Shown piece by piece: positions 1 to 8,798 of a stretch of DNA of 64,000 bases. The DNA is from a virus. The translations under genes and the position numbers were made by a program. The stretch's first letter is position 1. Each line of letters opens with the position of its first letter. Location: IMG/VR virus record IMGVR_UViG_3300047491_001507, one strand, 5' to 3'. The notes under the pieces were generated by a model, which was not told the DNA's origin, searched no databases, and was given only the letters and a program-made list of their open reading frames with translations.

Positions 1-1
1 T

Positions 2-268
2 TATTCTTTAACAACAATTGCAAGTCAAGTAGTAATTGCACAAGTAAAAGCCAATTTAACTTTATCTGGCACTGCCAATCACACAGTGACTCTTACTTAC
101 AATGGAGTAACCAAGGACACATTGACTGTAAAGGGAGCTAATGGCTATATTATTCCAGTTACGCTGCATTATACAGAAACACCTGGAGCAGCCACCGCAA
201 ATGTCGTCATTGCAACTTCCAATGGCACATTAGGTAACATTGTGCATATTATCCAGAAAATTTCCTAA
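2..268 (+). CDS. C-terminal fragment of a protein whose start lies upstream of the window; Thr/Val-rich, probably beta-rich
   Basis: Frame of ORF 86..268 stays open back to base 2 with no stop, so this is a 3' partial gene. Confidence 0.45.
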   Translation, partial: YSLTTIASQVVIAQVKANLTLSGTANHTVTLTYNGVTKDTLTVKGANGYIIPVTLHYTETPGAATANVVIATSNGTLGNIVHIIQKIS

Positions 269-326
269 AAACACTTTCCAAAAATTGTTTTTGTGGTACA
301 ATTTGGTATGATTTGTATTCAAAATT

Positions 327-398
327 GGGGCGTTAGTTTAACGGATAGAACAAAAGTCTTCTAAACTTTAGATAGAGGTCCGATTCCTCTACGCCCTA
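327..398 (+). tRNA. tRNA-Arg (anticodon UCU)
   Basis: Cloverleaf folded by hand: acceptor GGGGCGT/ACGCCCT, D-stem GTTT/GAAC, anticodon stem AAAGT/ACTTT with loop CTTCTAA, T-arm AGAGG-TCCGATT-CCTCT. Confidence 0.8.
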
Positions 399-404
399 TT
401 TTTC

Positions 405-479
405 GAGACCATAGCTCAAATTGGATAGAGCAACGGACTTTTAATCCGTAGGTTGCGGGTCCGAATCCCGCTGGTCTCA
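405..479 (+). tRNA. tRNA-Lys (anticodon UUU)
   Basis: Acceptor GAGACCA/TGGTCTC, D-arm GCTC..GAGC, anticodon stem ACGGA/TCCGT with loop CTTTTAA, T-arm GCGGG-TCCGAAT-CCCGC. Confidence 0.85.
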
Positions 480-492
480 TTAGGAAATTCTT

Positions 493-669
493 ATGAATAA
501 TGAATATTGGAAAAATCCTGTAAAAGTCACAATTACTACAAAATGTCCACAATGTCACGAATTGTTTAGTCGTCTTGTCTATTCTATAGAAATTGCACCA
601 TATCAAGCATTGACATTGTGTCCAAAATGCGAAATCAACCCCGTTATTATGGTCAGTAAAACATATTAA
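493..669 (+). CDS. 58-aa C4 zinc-ribbon mini-protein (CPQC...CPKC)
   Basis: ATG to TAA ORF below the track cutoff, with two CxxC pairs, in the gap between the tRNAs and the HD gene. Confidence 0.45.
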   Translation: MNNEYWKNPVKVTITTKCPQCHELFSRLVYSIEIAPYQALTLCPKCEINPVIMVSKTY

Positions 670-682
670 TGAAAGGCTCGAA

Positions 683-1654
683 ATGACCGATCAAGAAATG
701 CTAGAAATTGCTCAATTGATGGTTGAATATTACACGGACAAAATTAACACAAAGCCATTTGTACTTCAATATCGTTTTCGTTCCCAAAATGAACGTGAAG
801 CTTGGTATGATAATGGAGAATGGCTTCCTAGTTGGGATTATGAAACAATTGAATATCGCAGAAAACCAGCAAATGAGGACTTTTATCAAAAAACACTGGA
901 AAGAACATTGGAAGAAATGTTATCCGCTTCCAAATTGATGGTCGAGTACTATCAAAATAAAATTAGTGGCACTCCCATTGAAGTTCAGTGTTGTCTTCGC
1001 ACTCCTACATTTGATAACAACTGGGAAGATGTTTCTTGTTCGGGTTGGGATATAGTAAAATACAAATATCGCAAGAAGCCTAAATTTTCAGACGATTTAG
1101 AATTTGCAATAGTAGTTGACTTTGTAGCAAATGCTCACAAAGGACAATTGCGTAAAGGCAGTAAATTGCCTTTTGTAATTCATCCATGTTCTGTTCTTAA
1201 AATCATCCGTAGTTGGGAAATTTCTGACAATACAATGCTAAAAGCTGTTTTGGCTCATGATGTTATTGAGGATTGTGAAATTTCTTATGACAAAGTTGAA
1301 GAAATTATTGGAACAGAAGCAGCAATAATTGTCAAAGAATTGACTTTTATCCCCAACAAACTTCGTTTAGTATCTGTTTCAAAGCAAAAAGCAGAATATC
1401 TTAGTAGTTTTAGCAAAAGATCATTGCAAGCATTAGTCATTAAATTGGCTGATCGTATTGATAATACTATGGATTTTTATTTGGATAATGACGCATATGC
1501 TTTGAAATATTGGGAAAAAGCAGAAGTTCTTTTTTATGCTTTTTATTCCAGAAAAAAAGAAATCGTAGAAGCATTTGGAGAAAGAACATATAAATTAATT
1601 GAAGAAAGTATTAAACAGGTGGAAGATCGGATTTATGTTAAAAAAATGGCGTAG
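683..1654 (+). CDS. HD-domain phosphohydrolase, SpoT/RelA-hydrolase-like (possible (p)ppGpp or small-alarmone hydrolase), with a duplicated N-terminal domain
   Basis: Motifs AHKGQLRKGSKLPFVIHP and LAHDVIED match the HD hydrolase domain of RelA/SpoT/Mesh1; N-terminus holds two ~65-aa internal repeats (LMVEYY..KI...WD..Y.YRKKP). Confidence 0.7.
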   Translation: MTDQEMLEIAQLMVEYYTDKINTKPFVLQYRFRSQNEREAWYDNGEWLPSWDYETIEYRRKPANEDFYQKTLERTLEEMLSASKLMVEYYQNKISGTPIEVQCCLRTPTFDNNWEDVSCSGWDIVKYKYRKKPKFSDDLEFAIVVDFVANAHKGQLRKGSKLPFVIHPCSVLKIIRSWEISDNTMLKAVLAHDVIEDCEISYDKVEEIIGTEAAIIVKELTFIPNKLRLVSVSKQKAEYLSSFSKRSLQALVIKLADRIDNTMDFYLDNDAYALKYWEKAEVLFYAFYSRKKEIVEAFGERTYKLIEESIKQVEDRIYVKKMA

Positions 1655-1988
1655 AATAATTTCTGAGGCAGGAAAGCCTAAACACGAATTTAATTTAGAA
1701 ACAAATAATTCTACTTGTGAAAATTGCAAACATTGGGAAGAGTACCCCAAAGAACCTTATGGGTTTCGGGGTCGTTGTCATCGATTTCCTCCATTTTCCT
1801 CTCACGATGAAATCTCTCGCAGAGTCACAGAGTATGGGTATTTTGGATATCAGCCCATCACAAATCACAACGATTGGTGTGGCGAATTTAGAAACAAAAA
1901 TTACAAAAATTGGCTCTGGAATACACTAAATGCTCTAGGTCTTGGAATTTTCTTTTATGTGGCTTTGAGACTTTTTCTGAATGTGTAA
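1635..1988 (+). CDS. hypothetical Cys/His-rich protein with C-terminal TM helix
   Basis: ORF 1599..1988 trimmed to the internal ATG at 1635 to limit overlap with the HD gene; CENCKHW...CHRF motifs, hydrophobic C-terminus. Confidence 0.45.
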   Translation: MLKKWRRIISEAGKPKHEFNLETNNSTCENCKHWEEYPKEPYGFRGRCHRFPPFSSHDEISRRVTEYGYFGYQPITNHNDWCGEFRNKNYKNWLWNTLNALGLGIFFYVALRLFLNV

Positions 1989-2083
1989 AGTGTTACCCAG
2001 CAACCACTTACGTCAAATTTTCATAGTTATATAGTCAATGTGGGCGGTTATGGGGTATAATATAGCAGAATTAGGAGATTAAA

Positions 2084-2551
2084 ATGCATTCGCCAACAGT
2101 AAATCATGAAATGCCAGAAGGTCCGTGGATGAGACGGTTGCAAAAAGACTCGTGGATTTGGCTCTGCAAGGAACAGCAGTATGCCAAGACAGTGTTTCCT
2201 TGGCAACCACCGCCACCAGGACGTAGATGGGGAGAATTAGCGTTATCGAGGATCGATGAACAATATGATAAAATACAAATTTGGTATGTTGGTCCACGAG
2301 GCGAAGGATTTGATGGAACACAATTGATTCTTCCTTGTGAGGGACATTTGTCAGAAACATTGGCAGAGATTATTGACAAAAAAGAAACAGATCTGTTTAT
2401 AATTTTGGAACGAATTCAAAACCGTTTAGACTTACACCATATAGCTTTATCGCAAATGAACGCAGAAATGCTGTTTCTTCTTAAAAAAATAGAAGAATTG
2501 GAAGAAGTACAAAAAAAGCAAATTTTGCCGTTGCGTTTTCCTTTTAACTAA
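2084..2551 (+). CDS. hypothetical protein
   Basis: 155-aa ORF; GGAG Shine-Dalgarno 8 nt upstream. Confidence 0.5.
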   Translation: MHSPTVNHEMPEGPWMRRLQKDSWIWLCKEQQYAKTVFPWQPPPPGRRWGELALSRIDEQYDKIQIWYVGPRGEGFDGTQLILPCEGHLSETLAEIIDKKETDLFIILERIQNRLDLHHIALSQMNAEMLFLLKKIEELEEVQKKQILPLRFPFN

Positions 2552-2561
2552 GGAGAGAAAG

Positions 2562-2879
2562 ATGGAGAAAGAAGTAGCTAAATGTGGATTGTGTGGTGAG
2601 CCAATGCCACCTGGGGAAGAAATGTTCAAATACCATGGTTATAGTGGAAATTGTCCAAAACCTCCTCTGCAAAAACCGAAAGTTCCTCGTCAAAACAGCT
2701 TGGTAGAAGCTAATAAAGAATCTCCCCACGTAGAAGGAGAACAATATATTTTTCTTGGGGAAATTCCCAATGTGCCAGGACGTTGTGTTATAGCTGATTT
2801 GACGGGGCGAATTTGTACAGGTCGCACAGAACACTTTGTTGAAGTGCCAGAAAATAAAGAGGAAACTTCCAATGGGTAA
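2562..2879 (+). CDS. small zinc-ribbon protein
   Basis: AGGAG SD upstream; CGLCGE...NCP motif. Confidence 0.5.
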   Translation: MEKEVAKCGLCGEPMPPGEEMFKYHGYSGNCPKPPLQKPKVPRQNSLVEANKESPHVEGEQYIFLGEIPNVPGRCVIADLTGRICTGRTEHFVEVPENKEETSNG

Positions 2880-3069
2880 GCTTGACGAAATGTTCGGCCA
2901 GATAATGTCTGCTCCATGGCTTACTGAAAAAAACAAAAGAAGCCTTCAAAAACTACTCGATAGAGCTAAGCGAGAGGTGGAAGAATCAGGAAAAACTGAA
3001 GACGAAGTAATAGAAACGATGACAAAAATGGTATTGTACGAATCATCCCGAAGAAGGGAGTTGAATTGA
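2872..3069 (+). CDS. hypothetical small protein
   Basis: ORF 2836..3069 trimmed to the ATG at 2872 preceded by a GAGGAAAC SD. Confidence 0.4.
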   Translation: MGKLDEMFGQIMSAPWLTEKNKRSLQKLLDRAKREVEESGKTEDEVIETMTKMVLYESSRRRELN

Positions 3070-3578
3070 TGAACAAACCAATTAAAGATGATGAAATCGT
3101 TGCTAAACTTGAAGAGTTTCAGCAATTGGAACGAGATACTAAGGACTATTTTCGTCTTCATTCGCCTCTTTGGAAAGCGATTGTTAATTACATTACAGAT
3201 TCTAAGCCACATAAGTGTGTATTGGGAGATAAAAAACTTCCTGTCCGAATTTTTAAAGGAAGTGGAGCAGGAGTCCATATCAAAAAAATCTATGCAAAGC
3301 CACCTGGAGCTTTTCCTGATCACGAAACTACGTTACGATTTGTTGTTGATGTGAATTTCGTTGATGTAGACGACGATGAAAGAGATTATGCAAGCATTTG
3401 GGGAATCGATGTTCCAATTTCCCTGGTCGAGCATTTTACAAAAGAGGGATTTAATAAATGGATTGCTGAAAAGGAAGCAGAGCATCTTAAGAAAGAAAAT
3501 GAAAAAGATCTCAAGGAATTAAAGGCAATTATTAAACGAAACCCAGATATTTTAAAGCTTTTGAAGGATAAAGGATGA
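3066..3578 (+). CDS. hypothetical protein
   Basis: 170-aa ORF; GGGAG SD; ATGA overlap with the neighbouring gene. Confidence 0.5.
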   Translation: MMNKPIKDDEIVAKLEEFQQLERDTKDYFRLHSPLWKAIVNYITDSKPHKCVLGDKKLPVRIFKGSGAGVHIKKIYAKPPGAFPDHETTLRFVVDVNFVDVDDDERDYASIWGIDVPISLVEHFTKEGFNKWIAEKEAEHLKKENEKDLKELKAIIKRNPDILKLLKDKG

Positions 3579-3766
3579 AAACAGTTCCAGATGATCTATG
3601 CGTTAAATATCAAAGGATTGATGGCGTACTCACGGTAATACTTCCAAAACTTATCTCGAAACAGGATTTTTTAGATTGGTTAAATGACAAGCCAAATAAA
3701 AAGCCATTGAAAGTTAAAGAATTGCCAGACACATGGACTTCAGCGGAGGATCAAAATGACGCATAA
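3575..3766 (+). CDS. hypothetical protein
   Basis: 63-aa ORF; AAGGA SD; overlaps the previous gene's stop. Confidence 0.45.
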   Translation: MKTVPDDLCVKYQRIDGVLTVILPKLISKQDFLDWLNDKPNKKPLKVKELPDTWTSAEDQNDA

Positions 3767-3986
3767 CGAAATTATTCAAGATTTTTTAGAATGCACAAGA
3801 TCCTTAGATAAAGCAATTACCGATGCTGGCGGGAGTAAGCTGGATATAGATGATTTGGAAAGAATGACCGCATTGGAACTTATTTCTTTGATTTGTACCA
3901 ATGGGATTCGTTTTCATGTTAAGCAAACAGTGAGTGCCAAGGTATTGAAAAAAACAGATCTTATTATTGAAAGCTGTAGAACATGA
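3756..3986 (+). CDS. hypothetical protein
   Basis: 76-aa ORF; GGAGG SD. Confidence 0.45.
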   Translation: MTHNEIIQDFLECTRSLDKAITDAGGSKLDIDDLERMTALELISLICTNGIRFHVKQTVSAKVLKKTDLIIESCRT

Positions 3987-4522
3987 AAGAAGATATATTT
4001 GATATACCTGATGAAATCTCGATAGATTTGCCAAAATTTTGTAAATTAGGCGGTAAAAACTTCGCTATCAAGGTGCTTTCTCGCAAAGACGCTGCAAACT
4101 TTACATGTGAAGTGCCATGGGCTGCAATTAGTATTGCATCTTTTCCTAATGAATGGCCAAATTTATCGGAAGACAACAGAGTAAATCTGCTTCAGTTGTA
4201 CTTTTTCGATCAAACAGTGCCAGGGGAACATGCTTTTACAGAAAATCATGCTAAAGAAATTATTCGATTTGTCGGAGAAGCATGGGGAAAAATCGATTGT
4301 TTGTTAGTTCATTGCGAGGCAGGACTTTCCAGATCGCCTGGAGTAGCTGCTGCTATTGCTAGGATTTTTCAAGGTGAAGGTCAGGATGCAGCTTATTTTA
4401 AGCAGTATTATCCAAATTATCTGGTTTACAAGATTTTGTTGGAAACTTACTTTGGAAAAAATGTGAATTTACATCCACAAAATGAAGAAACATATTGGGA
4501 CGACAATGATTTTATAGGTTAG
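3983..4522 (+). CDS. Cys-based phosphatase of the dual-specificity/PTP superfamily (could be a protein or an RNA 5'-phosphatase)
   Basis: Active-site signature VHCEAGLSRSPGV, i.e. the HCx5R(S/T) P-loop of PTP/DUSP enzymes. Confidence 0.7.
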   Translation: MKEDIFDIPDEISIDLPKFCKLGGKNFAIKVLSRKDAANFTCEVPWAAISIASFPNEWPNLSEDNRVNLLQLYFFDQTVPGEHAFTENHAKEIIRFVGEAWGKIDCLLVHCEAGLSRSPGVAAAIARIFQGEGQDAAYFKQYYPNYLVYKILLETYFGKNVNLHPQNEETYWDDNDFIG

Positions 4523-4530
4523 GATGTACA

Positions 4531-4788
4531 ATGTATGATCCTGAATTAGCATTGCAAAAAGAACAAGATCTAATTAGAGATAAAGTCCTGTTGGAAAGAG
4601 TTTCCAAAAGACTTGGAAGTGATCATCCTTGGACAAAACGAATCAAGTTGATGACAGATATCTTTCAAACTTTGTCTCAAAAAGAAGATGATCTAGACAA
4701 CTGTTTTGATCCAGATGTACAATATCGTCTTGAAAACGAAATAGACGAACTAATTCGTATTGCACGAGAAGTATTAAAAAAGAGCTAA
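4531..4788 (+). CDS. hypothetical protein
   Basis: 85-aa ORF in the co-oriented gene chain. Confidence 0.5.
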   Translation: MYDPELALQKEQDLIRDKVLLERVSKRLGSDHPWTKRIKLMTDIFQTLSQKEDDLDNCFDPDVQYRLENEIDELIRIAREVLKKS

Positions 4789-4790
4789 AA

Positions 4791-5057
4791 ATGTTTACTA
4801 TAGAATGGATTACTCCTAATGAGGATATTGGCGTAAAAGGAATTGTTATTTGTGAAACGCAGTTTAAAGTAGAGACTCGTTTTTGTAATGCTGAAACCAT
4901 GAATGGATTTAAAGAAATTGGGCTTTTAATGATGCCAGAGGCAACACGGCTCAGTGTTTTGCTTGGTGATACAAGATTCATTTTGAAAGATGGAGTTGGG
5001 TTTAATTGGGAAATTTCAACTAAAAAAGAGAACTCGTTTTTCTTACAAAAGGATTAA
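4791..5057 (+). CDS. hypothetical protein, paralog of the C-terminal domain of 5060..5398
   Basis: GIVICETQFKVE...MPEATRLSV matches GIVICETPSTFKFE...LPEATRISV of the next gene. Confidence 0.5.
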   Translation: MFTIEWITPNEDIGVKGIVICETQFKVETRFCNAETMNGFKEIGLLMMPEATRLSVLLGDTRFILKDGVGFNWEISTKKENSFFLQKD

Positions 5058-5059
5058 AA

Positions 5060-5398
5060 ATGCTGACACGACGAAACGTTCTGAAATGGGCTGCTGGATT
5101 ATTTGCATCATTTCCTTTTATGAAAGGAATGACAAAGGAAGCAGTTTCTAATAAGAACTATGGCATGGCAGGAATTGTTATTTGCGAAACACCATCTACA
5201 TTTAAATTTGAGGTTCGCAAAGCTCAAACCATGAATGAGTTTACTAAAATTGGACATCAGATTTTGCCAGAAGCAACACGAATTAGTGTTGTATTTTCTG
5301 AAACAAGATATAATGCTCCTAACAGATATATTTTATACGTTTTATTGGATGGGCCTGGGACGGAATGGAAAGTTCTCAACGGAGTAGCCATATCATGA
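5060..5398 (+). CDS. putative Tat-secreted protein
   Basis: N-terminal TRRNVLKWAAGLFA resembles a twin-arginine signal; C-terminal domain paralogous to 4791..5057. Confidence 0.5.
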   Translation: MLTRRNVLKWAAGLFASFPFMKGMTKEAVSNKNYGMAGIVICETPSTFKFEVRKAQTMNEFTKIGHQILPEATRISVVFSETRYNAPNRYILYVLLDGPGTEWKVLNGVAIS

Positions 5399-6225
5399 GC
5401 AAAGACAGTTTAGGCGATAGAATGAAGTTTTTTGAACAGAGATTTTCCATCTCTGTCATGCCCAAAACCCCTATTCTTGCGAGAATAGATGGACGTTCCT
5501 TCCACAGCTTTACCAGAGGTTTGGAAAGACCTTACGACATTCGGCTTTCCAACCTAATGATAGCAACTACTAAATTTCTGGTTGCCGAAACCAATGCACG
5601 TTGTGGATATACACAAAGTGACGAGATTTCTTTGGTTTGGCTAACAGAAGACGATCATGAAGAGACGTTTTTTGGCGGAAAACTCTCTAAATTAACTTCT
5701 GTGATAGGCTCGTTAGCAACAGCATATTTCAATAAGCATTTATCTGCTTATATCCCAGAAAAGGCAGATGCGATGCCGGTTTTTGATAATCGGGTCTGGG
5801 AATTGCCTACTTACGAAGAAGTAGCAAATTATTTCATCTGGCGGGAACAGGATGCTGTAAGAAATAGCATTCAAATGTCGGCCAGATCAGTATTTAGTCA
5901 CAGTGAATGCCACAAAAAGAACACATCTCAATTACAAGAGATGTTGTTTTCTAAGGGAATTAACTGGAATGATTATCCTCGATTTTTCCGTCGAGGCACC
6001 TATATTCGTCGTAGGGTGGTGGAACGGGAATTTACTCCAGAAGAATTAGCTAATTTGCCACCGAAGCACAATGCTTTGAAAGACCCAAATCTTCCTATTC
6101 GTCGTACAGTGATTATGGAGGAGGACTTTCCGATTTTGACGAAGGTTCAGAATCGGTCTGGAGTAATTTTGTTTGGTGCTGATCCCATAGTACAAAACGA
6201 TGTATTGGTGATTGATGAAGCATGA
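5395..6225 (+). CDS. Thg1-like protein (tRNA-His guanylyltransferase family, 3'-5' nucleotidyltransferase)
   Basis: RIDGRSFHSFTRGL and GYTQSDEISLVW match conserved Thg1/TLP motifs; start set at the ATG at 5395 (ATGA overlap). Confidence 0.7.
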   Translation: MSKDSLGDRMKFFEQRFSISVMPKTPILARIDGRSFHSFTRGLERPYDIRLSNLMIATTKFLVAETNARCGYTQSDEISLVWLTEDDHEETFFGGKLSKLTSVIGSLATAYFNKHLSAYIPEKADAMPVFDNRVWELPTYEEVANYFIWREQDAVRNSIQMSARSVFSHSECHKKNTSQLQEMLFSKGINWNDYPRFFRRGTYIRRRVVEREFTPEELANLPPKHNALKDPNLPIRRTVIMEEDFPILTKVQNRSGVILFGADPIVQNDVLVIDEA

Positions 6226-6422
6226 GTAACAAAGATAGAATCGGCATGACAGAAGTCATGAAAGATTGTTTGTCTGTATTACTTGATGCTGGCTTAACAG
6301 CAAACCAACTTAAGATTGCACAAGAGTGTTTGGCTAACTATGCACTATGTGCCTGTATGGACTCTAAAGTACATGAAGAATCTTTAGAGATTCTAAATTA
6401 TAGGAAAATTAAATCATTATAG
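6222..6422 (+). CDS. hypothetical protein
   Basis: 66-aa ORF; ATGA overlap with the Thg1-like gene. Confidence 0.45.
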   Translation: MSNKDRIGMTEVMKDCLSVLLDAGLTANQLKIAQECLANYALCACMDSKVHEESLEILNYRKIKSL

Positions 6423-6443
6423 TCGAAAGTCTCTAGGTGCTCA

Positions 6444-6653
6444 ATGAATAAATGGAAAATCGTTCAATATTATGGATGGACTGAAAATGGCAAACCGCTC
6501 TTGCCCAGTATGGACAATAAGGCGATTGCCACGTTTAAGTCATATTGGCGTGCATGGATTTACAAGTTTTTCCATTACGATTTTGCAGCGGAATCTGCTT
6601 ACAAAACGTCATTTATTTGGAAGATTGAGAAAGCAAAGGAGATCAAAAGATGA
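6444..6653 (+). CDS. hypothetical Trp-rich small protein
   Basis: 69-aa ORF ending in an ATGA overlap with the next gene; preferred over the overlapping 6472..6657 frame. Confidence 0.45.
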   Translation: MNKWKIVQYYGWTENGKPLLPSMDNKAIATFKSYWRAWIYKFFHYDFAAESAYKTSFIWKIEKAKEIKR

Positions 6654-6946
6654 TTAAGTTATTTCACAACACTCTTTCTGAGGACGAATATGCTGGTTGG
6701 TACATTTGTGAGGCTAGAGATCTTTCATTTCAAGTTGAAGATAATAAGTCTTGTTACGAATTGATTCAAAAAGCCTTAGAGCAAGAAATTCTAGATGTTT
6801 GTTTGCAATTAAAATTGGATGTAGGAGAAGAAGACGGTTTTACTCCAATTCTAGATGAAGAAAACGGAAAGAAATTGACTGAAGAATTATTGCGTCGAGA
6901 TTGGAAAAAAGAGTTTATTCCTATTGAGGGCCATGAAAATGATTAA
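6650..6946 (+). CDS. hypothetical protein, tandem duplicate pair (copy 1)
   Basis: MIKLFHNTLSEDEYAGWYI...EILDVCLQLKL is almost identical to the next gene. Confidence 0.5.
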   Translation: MIKLFHNTLSEDEYAGWYICEARDLSFQVEDNKSCYELIQKALEQEILDVCLQLKLDVGEEDGFTPILDEENGKKLTEELLRRDWKKEFIPIEGHEND

Positions 6947-7238
6947 GTTATTTTACAACGCCCTTTCTTACGACGAATATGCTGGCTGGTACATTAGTGA
7001 GCCTAGAGAACTTCCGTTTAAATCAGAAGGGCTAAAAGATGATGAATTTTATGCCAAATTGGCAATCATTCGAAAACATCTAGAGCAAGAAATTTTAGAT
7101 GTTTGTTTGTATTTAAAATTAGAAGTTGAAGAGGTAGGTGGTTATACTCCAGTTTTAGATGAAGAAAACGGGAAGAAATTGACTGAAGAGTTATTGCGTC
7201 GAGGTTGGAAAAAAGAGTTTATTCCTATTGGACCATGA
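6939..7238 (+). CDS. hypothetical protein, tandem duplicate pair (copy 2)
   Basis: Starts MIKLFYNALSYDEYAGWYI; paralog of 6650..6946. Confidence 0.5.
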   Translation: MIKLFYNALSYDEYAGWYISEPRELPFKSEGLKDDEFYAKLAIIRKHLEQEILDVCLYLKLEVEEVGGYTPVLDEENGKKLTEELLRRGWKKEFIPIGP

Positions 7239-7960
7239 AAATGAAAATCTTGATCACATCTGGCGGAACAAAAGTCCCAATCGATAAGGTTAGAGACATC
7301 ACAAACATGAGTCATGGAACCTTTGGCTCCAGAATTGCTTCTGTTGCATTGGAAGAAGGGCATGAAGTTTGTTTCTTGTGTGCCAAAGGATCTCGTACTC
7401 CATTCCGAAACGACTTCGATTTCTATAATAATAGCAAAGCAATCAATAAAGCAATGGAGTACTTTTTGTTTTGCGAAGAATATTGCGAACAATATTCCGA
7501 AACAGAATTTAGAAATTATGATGATTATGAAAAATTGCTTAGATTGCATTTAGATTGGAAGCCCGATGTGGTGATTTTGGCGGCTGCTGTAAGCGATTAT
7601 GGCGTTGCCAATTATGTGGATGGCAAAATCCGTACTCAAGATAATCTCCAAATTAATCTGGAACCGTTGCCTAAAATCATCGCTACAGTTAAGGAACGTC
7701 TTCCTGATTGTTTTTTGGTGGGATTTAAACTGTTGGTTTATGCTTCAGAGACAGAATTGATTGAGGAAGCTAACAAGAGCATCATGAATAATCGTTGCGA
7801 TTTGGTGGTTGCTAATGATTTAGCGTCACTTCAAGCCGACAATCATCGGTTATTTTTGGTTCGTCCTGATCAAGTTCCAGTGAGGTTTTGCAAGAATGAT
7901 GCACTGGAAGATCCTTACTATTTGGCACGCAAAGTGATTGAAGCAGCTACAGAAAGGTAA
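7235..7960 (+). CDS. coaB: phosphopantothenate-cysteine ligase (CoaB / PPCS)
   Basis: MKILITSGGTKVPIDKVRDITNMSHGTFG at the N-terminus and LVGFKLLVYASETE...CDLVVANDL, matching the CoaB nucleotide-binding and GFxAET motifs. Confidence 0.8.
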   Translation: MKMKILITSGGTKVPIDKVRDITNMSHGTFGSRIASVALEEGHEVCFLCAKGSRTPFRNDFDFYNNSKAINKAMEYFLFCEEYCEQYSETEFRNYDDYEKLLRLHLDWKPDVVILAAAVSDYGVANYVDGKIRTQDNLQINLEPLPKIIATVKERLPDCFLVGFKLLVYASETELIEEANKSIMNNRCDLVVANDLASLQADNHRLFLVRPDQVPVRFCKNDALEDPYYLARKVIEAATER

Positions 7961-7964
7961 CGAG

Positions 7965-8798
7965 ATGATAAATATTACGCCACAACGGGCCTTTCAATGT
8001 GCATTAAATCAAGGAAAGCGTTTTCCTGAAATGGAACCAGCTATCCTTGCCGATCCATATTGCGCTTATTGTTATGTTTTACATATTTTAAATAAACGTG
8101 TACGCAAAAAACCTAAACGTTGGGCAGAAGCAGAGAAGGTAATTATTGATGAAAAAAGAGCAGAATTGGCTTTCAATTATGCCAAAGAAATAATCCAAGG
8201 TCGTTGGGAAGAAGCAGAAGAGGTAATTGCTGCCAGCCCAAGATTTGCTTATTTATATGCTAATTATATAATTCAGGGACGTTGGCCTAAAGGTGAACTG
8301 GTAATTGCACAAAGTCCACATTATGCATATTGTTATGCAAAAGATGTGCTAAAATCTCGTTGGTCTGAAGCGGAGAAAACAATTGCAAAAGATCCAGAGT
8401 ATGCTTATAAGTACGCTTACTACGTAATTAAAGGTCGCTTTTCTGAAGCGGAGAAAACAATTGCAAAAGATCCAGAGTATGCTTATAAGTACGCTTGTGA
8501 CGTAGTTTGTGGCCGCTTTCCTGAAGCAGAAGCAACACTTGCAAAAAGCGATTATTATGCTTACAGATATGCTAGTGACGTAGTTCGTGGTCGTTGGGCT
8601 AAAGGCGAAAGAGCAATAATTACTGATCGAAATTGTGCCTGTTCATATGCTAAGGATGTGCTAAAATCCCGCTGGCGTAAAGCAGAGCCATTAATTGCTC
8701 AAAATCACTATCTCGCTTATGAATATGCAAGCCATTTTAAGTTAGAAATGTTTATTACTTTTAAATCCAAGAAACAAAAAAAAGGTGTCAAAAAATGA
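7965..8798 (+). CDS. 33-aa repeat family protein (YAxxYAxxVIKGRWPEGExAIA repeats)
   Basis: About seven tandem copies of the ~33-aa repeat; paralog of 25121.., 27273.., 32708.. and the - strand copies. Confidence 0.6.
   Translation: MINITPQRAFQCALNQGKRFPEMEPAILADPYCAYCYVLHILNKRVRKKPKRWAEAEKVIIDEKRAELAFNYAKEIIQGRWEEAEEVIAASPRFAYLYANYIIQGRWPKGELVIAQSPHYAYCYAKDVLKSRWSEAEKTIAKDPEYAYKYAYYVIKGRFSEAEKTIAKDPEYAYKYACDVVCGRFPEAEATLAKSDYYAYRYASDVVRGRWAKGERAIITDRNCACSYAKDVLKSRWRKAEPLIAQNHYLAYEYASHFKLEMFITFKSKKQKKGVKK

Noticed and set aside
361-606. 81-aa - strand ORF overlapping both tRNA genes
   Set aside because: Lies antisense across two well-folded tRNAs and the small zinc-ribbon gene, with no SD. 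An artefact of the six-frame scan.
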